A stretch of 64,000 bases of DNA from an uncultured Candidatus Saccharibacteria bacterium (lineage in GTDB: Bacteria > Patescibacteriota > UBA1384 > CAYGGE01): NCBI GenBank assembly GCA_964349485.1, contig CAYGGE010000003.1, positions 5,899 through 69,898 on the forward strand, in the 5' to 3' direction. Both the position numbers and the translations under genes were made by a program. The notes beneath the pieces were generated by a model. That model saw nothing but the letters and a program-made list of their open reading frames with translations, did no database searches and had not been told where the DNA came from. Within the stretch, counting starts at the first letter, position 1, and each line of letters opens with the position of its first letter. Shown one piece after another: positions 8,241 through 17,396 of this stretch.

Positions 8241-9172
8241 ACTATTTTCGACTATTCATCCGAAGTCTCATCATCTTAGTCATCGCTTTCTGCTTGGGTT
8301 TGGTTTTCGGCTATGTCCGTGCCATCCGTCAGCCATTGCCGATCACAGAGCCCCTCACCATTACCATCGAAGAGGGTGAAGGACCAAGACTGATTGCCCA
8401 GAAACTGATCAAACAGTCAATCCTAGACAATGAACGACCGTTATTTGTCTATATTTTGGCAATGGGTAAACGAAATATGTTTTATCCAGGCGTTTATGAA
8501 CTCCCGACGCAAGCGTCGATTGTCGATATTGTCCGTATTCTGACGTCGGGCAAGAAGGACCACGTCGTTATCCGTATTAAAGAAGGTTCGAGGATCACTG
8601 ATATTGCAATAGAAATCCAGAAGAAGCTAGGAATCTCAGCGTCGGACATTATTGCTGTAGCTCCTGTAGAGAATTTCGAAGGCTATCTATTCCCCGATAC
8701 TTACTATTTCGCTAAGGAAGCGACTGCCCAATCTGTTGTCAAGACAATGCGGGATAATTTTAACACCAAAACCAGTACACTTGAGCTAACCAAAGAAGAT
8801 GTGATCTTGGCAAGTATCGTCGAACGCGAAGCGGCTAACGATTCAGAACGAGCAACTATTGCTGGTCTCTATCAGAACAGGTTAGCAATCGGCATGGCTC
8901 TACAAGCAGATCCAACTGTTCAGTATGCTAAAGGGAGTTGGGAGGCTATAAGTGTGGCTGACTACAGCAACGTAATCTCACCCTATAACAGCTATCTTCA
9001 CCAAGGACTACCACCGACGCCGATTGCCAGCGCCAGTCTTGCCTCACTTAAGGCCGTCAAATCACCAGAAAAGAGTGATTACTACTACTTCTTCCATACG
9101 AAAGATGGGCAAACGATCTTCTCTAAGACCGGAGCCGAACATACTGCCAATAAGGCGAAATTCTTGAGATAA
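8237..9172 (+). CDS. mltG: YceG/MltG endolytic murein transglycosylase
   Basis: N-terminal TM helix, YceG-like core, conserved ruvX-mltG synteny. Confidence 0.75.
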   Translation: MNYFRLFIRSLIILVIAFCLGLVFGYVRAIRQPLPITEPLTITIEEGEGPRLIAQKLIKQSILDNERPLFVYILAMGKRNMFYPGVYELPTQASIVDIVRILTSGKKDHVVIRIKEGSRITDIAIEIQKKLGISASDIIAVAPVENFEGYLFPDTYYFAKEATAQSVVKTMRDNFNTKTSTLELTKEDVILASIVEREAANDSERATIAGLYQNRLAIGMALQADPTVQYAKGSWEAISVADYSNVISPYNSYLHQGLPPTPIASASLASLKAVKSPEKSDYYYFFHTKDGQTIFSKTGAEHTANKAKFLR

Positions 9173-9269
9173 TGACCTTATTGGCTAGACATTAATTTGA
9201 TTTGACTTTGTGCCTCTTAACAGGTACAGTATAGCTTATACAATTTCTCCCTAAGTGACTAAGGACACA

Positions 9270-10313
9270 ATGATTGGTCGTTTTTTAGGTCTGTTTTCAC
9301 ATGATATCGGTATCGATCTGGGTACCGCCAATACTTTGGTCTATGTCCGTGGCCAAGGGGTGATTATCAATGAGCCGTCAGTCGTAGCAATTAATCAACG
9401 GACCAAGCAGATTTTAGCGATCGGTGACGAGGCACGCAGTATGGTTGGTCGGACACCGAGTCACATTGTGGCCATCCGTCCTTTAGTGGATGGCGTAGTC
9501 TCTGACTTTGAAGTTACCCAGCAGATGCTAAGGTATTTTATCCAAAAGGTTCATAAAGATAAGTTTTCATTCTTTCCGCATCCTCGAGTCGTCATCGGTA
9601 TACCGTATGGTGTGACTGAAGTTGAGCGCCGGGCTGTCGAGGAAGCGGCCCTAAATGCGGGGGCTCGTGAAGTTTTTCTGATCGAAGAACCAGTTGCTGC
9701 GGCGATTGGCGCTCGATTGCCAATTCAAGATGCTGCGGGTAGTATGATCGTCGATATCGGTGGCGGTACGACGGAAGTCGCCGTAATTTCCTTGGGAGGG
9801 ATTATTGCGAGTCGAAGTCTGCGGATAGCTGGCGATGAACTAAACCAAGATATTATCGATTTTGCCAGAAGTGAATATAATCTTCTACTCGGTGAGCGGA
9901 CAGCTGAAGATATCAAGATTGCGATAGGTTCGGTCTTGCCACTCCATGAGAAGCTGGAGATGCCAATGCGGGGCCGTGATCTGATCACCGGCTTACCAAA
10001 AGAAATTTTGGTAAGTGACGCGGCGATTCGTGAAGCAATCACAAAATCGGTTAAACAGGTCGTCGATGCAATCAAAGCTACGATTGAAGAGACGCCTCCT
10101 GAGCTGGTCGCCGATATTATGGCGAGGGGTATCGTCTTAGCCGGTGGTGGTGCTTTATTGAAAGGTTTAGACAAAGTAATTGCTGAGTCAACTAAAACAT
10201 CTGTTTATGTTTGCGATGATCCGCTGACCTCGGTTGTTCGGGGAACAGGTGTTGTGCTTGAAGATCTTGAATCGCTCAAAGAAGTCCTCGTGCCACCACA
10301 AGTAATACGCTAA
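9270..10313 (+). CDS. mreB: rod-shape-determining protein MreB
   Basis: DIGIDLGTANTLVYV, DIGGGTTEVAVIS, GIVLAGGGALL. Confidence 0.95.
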   Translation: MIGRFLGLFSHDIGIDLGTANTLVYVRGQGVIINEPSVVAINQRTKQILAIGDEARSMVGRTPSHIVAIRPLVDGVVSDFEVTQQMLRYFIQKVHKDKFSFFPHPRVVIGIPYGVTEVERRAVEEAALNAGAREVFLIEEPVAAAIGARLPIQDAAGSMIVDIGGGTTEVAVISLGGIIASRSLRIAGDELNQDIIDFARSEYNLLLGERTAEDIKIAIGSVLPLHEKLEMPMRGRDLITGLPKEILVSDAAIREAITKSVKQVVDAIKATIEETPPELVADIMARGIVLAGGGALLKGLDKVIAESTKTSVYVCDDPLTSVVRGTGVVLEDLESLKEVLVPPQVIR

Positions 10314-10320
10314 CTAAGGA

Positions 10321-11109
10321 ATGATGGTGATGTATCGAAGTTATTTATTTGCTATCGGTTTTGCCCTCGTCCTACTGATGACCAATCGATTTGGTGGATC
10401 TCCTAATTTTTCCAATTTAATTGCCGTAGTGATTGAACCAGTTATGGCCGCTGAAGGGACGGCGATTCGTAAGAGTGTCTCATTTTTTAACATTATTCTA
10501 AGTCTTCGAGATTTGGCCAGAGAGAATGCCGGACTTAATAAGCGGAATCATGAGCTTGAGGCGGAGATCAGTCGCTTACGAGAAGTTGAACATGAAAATG
10601 CGATTTTACGAGATGAACTGAAATTCTCCAAGGAATCAAAGACAGATTATATCCCTGCCCAACTGCTCGGTCAGACCAATACGGGCATCATCAAGGATTT
10701 GATTATCAATAAAGGTAGTAAAGAGGGGGTAGTGAGTGATTCGGCGGTAATTGCTCATGGTTATCTTGTGGGAGTCATCAAATCAGTCGAGATAAATCAG
10801 TCCACTGTACGTTTGGTTACTCACCCTCGTTCTATGATCCCGGTGATTACTCAAGATTCGCGGGCTCACGGACAGTTACGTGGAGGTATTGGTGGTTTAA
10901 TCATCACTGACTTGCTAATCGATCAACCGACTTCTCCAGGCGAGACAGTGGTGACTAGCGGTTTAGGTGGCAGTCTACCAAGTGGTATCCCAATTGGTAC
11001 GCTTATAGAAGCGACGGCGAGAAGTGGCGATATTACTAAACGAGCAACCCTCACTTTCCCTGTCGACCTTTCTCGATTGGAGATGGTCTTTATTCGTCAT
11101 AAACAATAG
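10321..11109 (+). CDS. mreC: rod-shape-determining protein MreC
   Basis: N-terminal TM helix, coiled coil (ENAGLNKRNHELEAEISRL), beta-rich C-domain; position after mreB. Confidence 0.75.
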   Translation: MMVMYRSYLFAIGFALVLLMTNRFGGSPNFSNLIAVVIEPVMAAEGTAIRKSVSFFNIILSLRDLARENAGLNKRNHELEAEISRLREVEHENAILRDELKFSKESKTDYIPAQLLGQTNTGIIKDLIINKGSKEGVVSDSAVIAHGYLVGVIKSVEINQSTVRLVTHPRSMIPVITQDSRAHGQLRGGIGGLIITDLLIDQPTSPGETVVTSGLGGSLPSGIPIGTLIEATARSGDITKRATLTFPVDLSRLEMVFIRHKQ

Positions 11110-11114
11110 ATCAA

Positions 11115-11579
11115 ATGCTCTATTTTTTACTTTCAATCTTGGCCATCTTCTTGCTCACCCTTGAGACAGTCTTGCCTCGCTGGCTAGGGGTTGGCACTCC
11201 CCATCTCTTACTTTCAGTACTTTTACCTTTTTGTTTCCAGTTTTCAAGCCAGCGGACGCTGTTTTTTGCCGTTCTATGTGGTCTTTTACTTGATTTCTTG
11301 CCGGGCTCTCTTCTTGGTCTGCATCTATTCCTCTTTAGTCTCTCAGCACTTAGCTTAAGCGCCTTACAGCGATCATTCTTTAAGGATCCGAGTATTCCGC
11401 TAGCTACGCTGTTGTTTGGTGTGGTTAGTCTCGCCTATGAGGTAGTACTTGCTCTCGTCTTTAGCGGTATGGGTTGGCTGATTCTGGCGCCCGTGGTGAC
11501 CACAACAATCTTTGCTTTGATTATCTACTGGCTACTGCTCCTCTTGGGTTCGCGAAAGGAGATATTACTGCATGCCTAA
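11115..11579 (+). CDS. mreD: MreD-like polytopic membrane protein
   Basis: 154-aa multi-TM protein between mreC and PBP2. Confidence 0.55.
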   Translation: MLYFLLSILAIFLLTLETVLPRWLGVGTPHLLLSVLLPFCFQFSSQRTLFFAVLCGLLLDFLPGSLLGLHLFLFSLSALSLSALQRSFFKDPSIPLATLLFGVVSLAYEVVLALVFSGMGWLILAPVVTTTIFALIIYWLLLLLGSRKEILLHA

Positions 11580-13491
11580 TCTCTTCGAGCCAAGTGATCC
11601 GATCGGTTCGTTCGAACGATCGGAGACCGAGTTTCAGGTTAACGTTGAACCGGCAAGTGATCTTGGCGAGGCAACGGTCTCAACGGCTGGTGAACGGGAA
11701 GCCAGCCGGTCCTTTCGATGGCCAATGTTGATCCAGGTTCTTATCTACGTAGTATTACTCACGCGATTAGTAAACCTGCAAATTACCGAGGGTAAGACGT
11801 TTCGTAACCTGGCCGAGGGCAATCGAATAGAGACAAAACTCTTACCAGCGCCACGCGGAGAGATCGTTGACAGGTCCGGTTCTGTCGTTGCTAAAAATGC
11901 TCCCCTATATAATCTCGAACTCTATCCAGCGCAACTTCCTGCGGCGAAGGCTGATCGTGAAGTTATCTATAAAAAAGTATCGACAGTGTCTGGTCACCCA
12001 GTCGACGAGATTATCAGTAAGATTGATCGGCGGGGCTTACGTTCGATTGACCCTGTTGTGCTTGAAACGAATTTAACCCAGGAAACTGCTCTCCTTTGGG
12101 AAATCGCTGTTAATAATCTGTCTGGCGTGGCGATCGCTCGCATACCGGTACGTTCTTATCTGAACATTCCTGGCCTCGCTCATTTATTAGGCTACGTTGG
12201 AAAATTGACCGAAAGCGAACAGGTTAAACGACCAGACATTTTACCCCAGTCGGCCATTGGCAAGACCGGTCTTGAATCCACCTATGATCGGTTCCTTCAA
12301 GGTACTGTCGGTGAAGAAGAGATCGAGGTCGACTCAAAGGGCCAAGTTCAGCGGACGATCGGTGCGAAGGCGCCTATCCCTGGTAATCAACTTAGACTCT
12401 ATCTCGATAAAGACCTTCAGCAAGTCATGAGCGATGCCCTAACGACGGGCTTAAAAAAAGCCGACCGAACTAAGGGTGTGGCCATAGCTCTTGACCCAAA
12501 AAATGGTGGTGTCTTGGGCATGGTGAGTCTACCAAGCTATGACAATAACGCCTTTATAACGTCCGATCGTAACACTGATCGGGCTAGTTATTTCGTCGAT
12601 AAAGATCTACCACTCTTTAACCGGGCGATCGCAGGCACCTATCCACCTGGCTCGACTATTAAACCAATCTGGGCCGTCGCTGGGCTCAACGAGGGGACAA
12701 TCAACGAGAGAACTTCGATAAAGACGCCAGTTGAAATTCGTATTGGTGACTCGGTCTTTCCAGACTGGAAATATCATGAATCCGCCGATGTCAAAACAGC
12801 AATTGCCGAATCGAATAACATCTTCTTTTACGCTTTGGCAGGCGGTTACGATAAGATCAAAGGACTAGGCCCACAAAAACTTAAAGAGTATGGGCAACGT
12901 TTTGGACTTGGTCAGGTGACTGGTATCGACCTACCCGGTGAGACAACGGGACTACTGCCCGACCCAGACTGGAAGAAGCGAGTAAAGAAGACACCTTGGT
13001 ACATCGGTGATACGTACCATATGGGTATCGGTCAAGGTGACGTTCTGGTGACGCCACTCCAGATCGTACGAGCTGTGGCGACGATTGCTAACGGCGGGAC
13101 CCTATACCATCCACAGTTAGTTCATGAAGTTAAGGACACTAACGGTCAGACTGTTCTCAACAATCAGCCAGTAGTTCAAGACTCAATTGACGGCGCGAGT
13201 AATATTTTAAGGATAGTTCGTGAGGGGATGCGAAAGACTGTAACTGACGGCACAGCTCGTTTACTTAATGATCTGCCGATTGCTGTTGCTGGGAAAACAG
13301 GAACGGCACAGTTTGAACAGAAAGATCGGACCCATGCCTGGTTTGTGGGGTTTGCTCCATATGAGAGTCCATCTATTGCCATAGTTGTGATGGTCGAGGG
13401 TGGTGGCGATAGCTATACAGTTGCACTACCTATTGCGAAGGAGATCCTAGCCTGGTATAGTGAGCATCCACCGAGAGGTGCTGACAGGTGA
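11572..13491 (+). CDS. mrdA: penicillin-binding protein 2 (peptidoglycan D,D-transpeptidase)
   Basis: SXXK (GSTIKP), SXN (ESNNIFF), KTG (AGKTGTAQ) motifs; TM anchor; mreBCD synteny. Confidence 0.9.
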   Translation: MPNLFEPSDPIGSFERSETEFQVNVEPASDLGEATVSTAGEREASRSFRWPMLIQVLIYVVLLTRLVNLQITEGKTFRNLAEGNRIETKLLPAPRGEIVDRSGSVVAKNAPLYNLELYPAQLPAAKADREVIYKKVSTVSGHPVDEIISKIDRRGLRSIDPVVLETNLTQETALLWEIAVNNLSGVAIARIPVRSYLNIPGLAHLLGYVGKLTESEQVKRPDILPQSAIGKTGLESTYDRFLQGTVGEEEIEVDSKGQVQRTIGAKAPIPGNQLRLYLDKDLQQVMSDALTTGLKKADRTKGVAIALDPKNGGVLGMVSLPSYDNNAFITSDRNTDRASYFVDKDLPLFNRAIAGTYPPGSTIKPIWAVAGLNEGTINERTSIKTPVEIRIGDSVFPDWKYHESADVKTAIAESNNIFFYALAGGYDKIKGLGPQKLKEYGQRFGLGQVTGIDLPGETTGLLPDPDWKKRVKKTPWYIGDTYHMGIGQGDVLVTPLQIVRAVATIANGGTLYHPQLVHEVKDTNGQTVLNNQPVVQDSIDGASNILRIVREGMRKTVTDGTARLLNDLPIAVAGKTGTAQFEQKDRTHAWFVGFAPYESPSIAIVVMVEGGGDSYTVALPIAKEILAWYSEHPPRGADR

Positions 13492-13596
13492 GTTACTGTA
13501 TGCTATAGTATAAGCTCTGGAAACATTGGTGCTTTCTGTTTATCGTTTTGGGCGTTTATCAGTTACTTGGATGTACTGCTACGAGAAAGGAATATC

Positions 13597-14055
13597 ATGA
13601 AAGACGTTGTATTAACACCAGCTGGTCTGGAAAAGATCAAACTCGAACTTTCTGCACTAAAACAGCGACGTAAAGAGATTGTGGTGCGGATCCAAACCGC
13701 TAAAGAATTCGGCGATCTTTCGGAGAATGCCGAATATGATGATGCTCGCAACGAGCAGTCATTTGTTGAGGGTCGCATCCAAGAACTCGATGAGATGATT
13801 AAACATGCAAAAATTGTTGAAAAAACCACGAAAGGGAGTGGCAAGATTAATGTTGGTAGTACGGTGACCGTCAGTGTTGAAGGCGATGAAGAAGTCTATG
13901 AGATCGTTGGAGCTAATGAGTCTGATCCGGCCAAGGGCAAAGTCTCGATCGACTCACCTATTGGTGCCGCCCTCTATGGTGCCAGTAAGGGTGAGACTGT
14001 TGTGGTCAAGACTCCCACTGGTAAATTTGATTACAAAATTGTGACAGTCAACTAA
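13597..14055 (+). CDS. greA: transcription elongation factor GreA
   Basis: LTPAGLEKIKLELSALK, FGDLSENAEYDDA; RBS agaaagg. Confidence 0.9.
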   Translation: MKDVVLTPAGLEKIKLELSALKQRRKEIVVRIQTAKEFGDLSENAEYDDARNEQSFVEGRIQELDEMIKHAKIVEKTTKGSGKINVGSTVTVSVEGDEEVYEIVGANESDPAKGKVSIDSPIGAALYGASKGETVVVKTPTGKFDYKIVTVN

Positions 14056-14069
14056 TCTGAGATACGCAC

Positions 14070-15635
14070 ATGTATTGGGCCGATGAGATTGCGCAAAAAG
14101 TTATTGCCCGTTCACCTGGCAAAAGCCTCTATCGAGTACATGACTATAAAACTCCTTCTGGGCGCATTCACGTGGGTGCACTTTGTGGCGTGATTATACA
14201 CGGAGTGGTTGCTCGAGCTCTTGAAGCTAAGGGTCACGATGTTGTCTACACCTACGGTTTCGATGACTATGATCCCATGGATGGTTTTCCTATCTATCTT
14301 CCAGAGAATTATCGTCAATATATGGGCATGCCACTTTCTGAGATTCCTTCTCCCCAGCCAGGCTACTCGAGTATTGCTGAACTATATGCGAAAGAATTTA
14401 TAGACGTATTTAACGCTCTCGGCTTTAAACCAACCATTTTGTTCATGAGTGAGTTTTATAAAACCGGCAAGTTTAACGAAGCGATCCGGATGGTTCTCGA
14501 CAATGCGGCAGTAATTCGGCAAATTTATAAAGAGGTAAGTGGTTCAGAGAAGCCCGATGACTGGTTTGGTCTGTCGGTACTTTGCCCCAACTGCGGTAAG
14601 ATTGGAACCACGCGGGTCTATGCGTGGGATGGCAAAGAAGTTAGTTTTAGATGTGAACCGGCAATGGTGAAGTGGGCCGAAGGTTGTGGTCATGTTGGGA
14701 AAGTTGATCCATTTGATGGTCGCTCAAAATTGCCATGGAAGATCGAGTGGGGAGCGAAATGGTGGATGTTTAATGAAGATTTTGAAACAGCTGGCAAAGA
14801 TCACATGACAAAAGGCGGTTCCTTCGATGTAGCTGCTTCGATTTGTCGACAAGTTTTTAAAGCCGAGCCCCCGGTTGGCCGCGAAGTGCCTTATGAGTGG
14901 CTTTTAGTTGGCGGTAAGAAAATGAGCTCTTCTAAAGGCACTGGTGCCAGCGCAAAAGAAGTCGCCGAGCTGTTGCCTTCGCATTTATTAAATTTCTATA
15001 TCGCTAAAGGTAAGATTAATCGTCACAAAGAATTCTCTCCAGACGACAACACCATGCCCTTACTTTACGATGAATATGACAAAGCGATTGTCGCCTACCA
15101 TGCAGACCCCGAAAGTGATTTAGCGAAGGTGATTAGTTACATTAAGTCTGACGATCAGGTGTTCCCCCAGTATACCATGCGTTTTACGAAAGTTGCCTTC
15201 TTATCCCAAATGCCGAGCGTCAATGTCTGGGACGTGGCTCGTAGCGAAAAGGGGACTGAGTTATTGCCAGAGGATGAGGCCGAGCTCACCGAACGGCTGG
15301 CCTATGCCGAGGTATGGTTAGCTACGCTAGCCCCCGATGCGTATAAGTTTGTGCTTCAAGCTACACTACCGTCGGTTACACTCACTGCGCTCCAGAAAAA
15401 TTTTCTCGAAAAACTATATACCATAATGCTTGAAAACGCTCAATTGACTGGTGCCATCCTTCACGAGAAAATTCATGCCCTCAAGACTGAAGCGAACCTC
15501 TCACCCGCAGAAGCATTTGGTGCCATCTATCATATCTTCCTGGCCAAAGACTCCGGTCCTCAGGCAGGTTGGTTCTTGGCGGCTCTTGATCGAGAATTTG
15601 TCCTCAATCGTCTGAAAGATGCAGCACTAAAGTAA
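14070..15635 (+). CDS. lysK: lysyl-tRNA synthetase, class I (archaeal-type LysK)
   Basis: HVGA (HIGH-type) and the class-I LysRS-specific KMSSSKGTG motif. Confidence 0.8.
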   Translation: MYWADEIAQKVIARSPGKSLYRVHDYKTPSGRIHVGALCGVIIHGVVARALEAKGHDVVYTYGFDDYDPMDGFPIYLPENYRQYMGMPLSEIPSPQPGYSSIAELYAKEFIDVFNALGFKPTILFMSEFYKTGKFNEAIRMVLDNAAVIRQIYKEVSGSEKPDDWFGLSVLCPNCGKIGTTRVYAWDGKEVSFRCEPAMVKWAEGCGHVGKVDPFDGRSKLPWKIEWGAKWWMFNEDFETAGKDHMTKGGSFDVAASICRQVFKAEPPVGREVPYEWLLVGGKKMSSSKGTGASAKEVAELLPSHLLNFYIAKGKINRHKEFSPDDNTMPLLYDEYDKAIVAYHADPESDLAKVISYIKSDDQVFPQYTMRFTKVAFLSQMPSVNVWDVARSEKGTELLPEDEAELTERLAYAEVWLATLAPDAYKFVLQATLPSVTLTALQKNFLEKLYTIMLENAQLTGAILHEKIHALKTEANLSPAEAFGAIYHIFLAKDSGPQAGWFLAALDREFVLNRLKDAALK

Positions 15636-15691
15636 TCGCTTGTAGCCTACTAACCCATGAGGTACAATTCTCTTAAGAATAGGAGCACCTC

Positions 15692-16984
15692 ATGCTTGAT
15701 ATCCGAATAGTTCGTGACAATGTTGATAGAGTAAAAGTAGCAATTCAAACCAAAGGATTCGATCCTGCGCTTATTGATGAGTTGTTGCAAGTTGATGACC
15801 GACGTCGTGTCCTGCAAAGTAAAGCAGATGATTTGCGGTCCAAGCGAAAAACTTTGACCCAAGCAGATATCGATCAAGCGCGAGTACTCAAGCAAGAACT
15901 TGAGGTGATTGAAAAAGATCTATCTGGCGCTGAGGCTAAGTTGGCTGCGCTTTTGTATAAGATACCGAATCTGCCATCAAGTGATACACCAATCGGTCGT
16001 GATGATACAGAAAATGTCGTATTAAGAACAGTTGGCCAACCTAGAACTTTTGACTTTACCCCAAAGAATCACTATGAGTTAGGCAGAGACTTAGGTATTA
16101 TTGATTCTGAAAAAGCTGGAGAAGTGTCTGGAACCCGCTTTACTTATACTAAGGGTCGTTTGGTACTCCTCGAATTAGCGTTAGTTCAATATGCAATGAG
16201 TGTCCTGACCGACTGTAAAATGCTCCAGGCAATTGCTGTCGAAGCTAGACTTGATGTTTCAGCCAAGCCTTTTTTGCCAGTATTGCCACCCGTCCTCATT
16301 AAATCAGAAGTTATGGAAAAAATGGCTCGCTTGGAGCCAAAGGAAGAACGCTACCACCTACCTACCGATGATCTCTATCTTATCGGAAGTGCCGAACATA
16401 CTCTTGGACCAATCCATATGGGTGAGATGCGGCAAGAATCCGAATTGCCACTTCGATACGTAGGTTTCTCGACCGCATTTCGCCGTGAAGCCGGTTCCTA
16501 TGGCAAGGATACTAGAGGGATTTTCCGTCTTCATCAGTTCAACAAAACTGAGATGGAATCATTCACTCTGCCAGAGCATGGTCAGGCTGAACAAGACTTT
16601 TTTGTGGCGATCCAAGAATATCTTAATCGGTCACTTAATTTGCCATATGAAGTCCTAATCTGTTGTACAGGCGATCAGGGCGATCCTGATGCCAGACACC
16701 TTGATATCAATACTTGGATGCCTAGTGAAAACAAATACCGTGAAACCCATTCAGCTGATTATATGACCGACTACCAGGCTAGACGGCTGATAACCCGAGT
16801 CAAACGAGCAGATGGTGAGACAGTGTATGTCCACATGAACGATGCAACCGTCTTTGCTGGCCGAACCCTCATCGCAATTATGGAGAACTATCAGCAAGCG
16901 GATGGATCGCTAACTATTCCTGAAGTTTTAGTGCCATTTTGTGGATTTTCTGAGATTGGCGCAAGAGCTCAAAAAGAGGAGTAG
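15692..16984 (+). CDS. serS: seryl-tRNA synthetase
   Basis: N-terminal coiled-coil arm, class-II motifs (RFTYTKGRLV, FRREAGS). Confidence 0.9.
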   Translation: MLDIRIVRDNVDRVKVAIQTKGFDPALIDELLQVDDRRRVLQSKADDLRSKRKTLTQADIDQARVLKQELEVIEKDLSGAEAKLAALLYKIPNLPSSDTPIGRDDTENVVLRTVGQPRTFDFTPKNHYELGRDLGIIDSEKAGEVSGTRFTYTKGRLVLLELALVQYAMSVLTDCKMLQAIAVEARLDVSAKPFLPVLPPVLIKSEVMEKMARLEPKEERYHLPTDDLYLIGSAEHTLGPIHMGEMRQESELPLRYVGFSTAFRREAGSYGKDTRGIFRLHQFNKTEMESFTLPEHGQAEQDFFVAIQEYLNRSLNLPYEVLICCTGDQGDPDARHLDINTWMPSENKYRETHSADYMTDYQARRLITRVKRADGETVYVHMNDATVFAGRTLIAIMENYQQADGSLTIPEVLVPFCGFSEIGARAQKEE

Positions 16985-16986
16985 AT

Positions 16987-17301
16987 ATGCAACTTATTAA
17001 TAAAGTTCGCCACACGAAATTAGATCCTGGCACAAAAGAGTATGCAGAAGCAAAAATTGGCGAGAAATGCATGCAGTATTTGGGTGACGATTCAGCGGTT
17101 GTCTGCGAGATAGAATTTGATGATCAACTCGGTCGAAAGGATGGGGAAGATAAACGTGTAGATGTGACGATTACCTTGCCTCACGAACATCTACCACTGC
17201 ATATTGAAGAAAGTGATCAAACATTCCAAATGGCCATCGATCGAATCGCTGATCGAATAGATAAAGCTCTCCTACGCTATAAAGAGACCCATAAGCGCTA
17301 A
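16987..17301 (+). CDS. hpf: ribosome hibernation promoting factor / RaiA (short form)
   Basis: VDVTITLPHEH...DQTFQMAIDRIADRIDKALLRYKE matches the S30AE/YfiA family. Confidence 0.8.
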   Translation: MQLINKVRHTKLDPGTKEYAEAKIGEKCMQYLGDDSAVVCEIEFDDQLGRKDGEDKRVDVTITLPHEHLPLHIEESDQTFQMAIDRIADRIDKALLRYKETHKR

Positions 17302-17349
17302 TTTACAGGGTATTGTTTTCTCTGGAGCCTTGGTGCCTCGGCAGTTTTT

Positions 17350-17374
17350 ATGGTATGGTATGGTATGGTATGGT
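17350..17374. repeat. (ATGGT)x5 pentanucleotide microsatellite in the secA 5' leader
   Basis: atggtatggtatggtatggtatggt read directly. Confidence 0.95.
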
Positions 17375-17396
17375 ATGGGGAAGAAAGTGAGAATTA

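Noticed and set aside
9725-10174. 149-aa Ala/Ser/Pro-rich antisense ORF inside mreB (and similar antisense ORFs at 4991-5425, 7172-7663, 6634-6966, 19199-19885)
   Set aside because: These overlap strongly supported genes on the opposite strand, have low-complexity composition and no RBS. They are frame artefacts.
17350-17374. Possible CRISPR-like or tandem array
   Set aside because: It is only a 5-nt unit repeated 5 times. There are no spacers and no cas genes. It is classified as a microsatellite.
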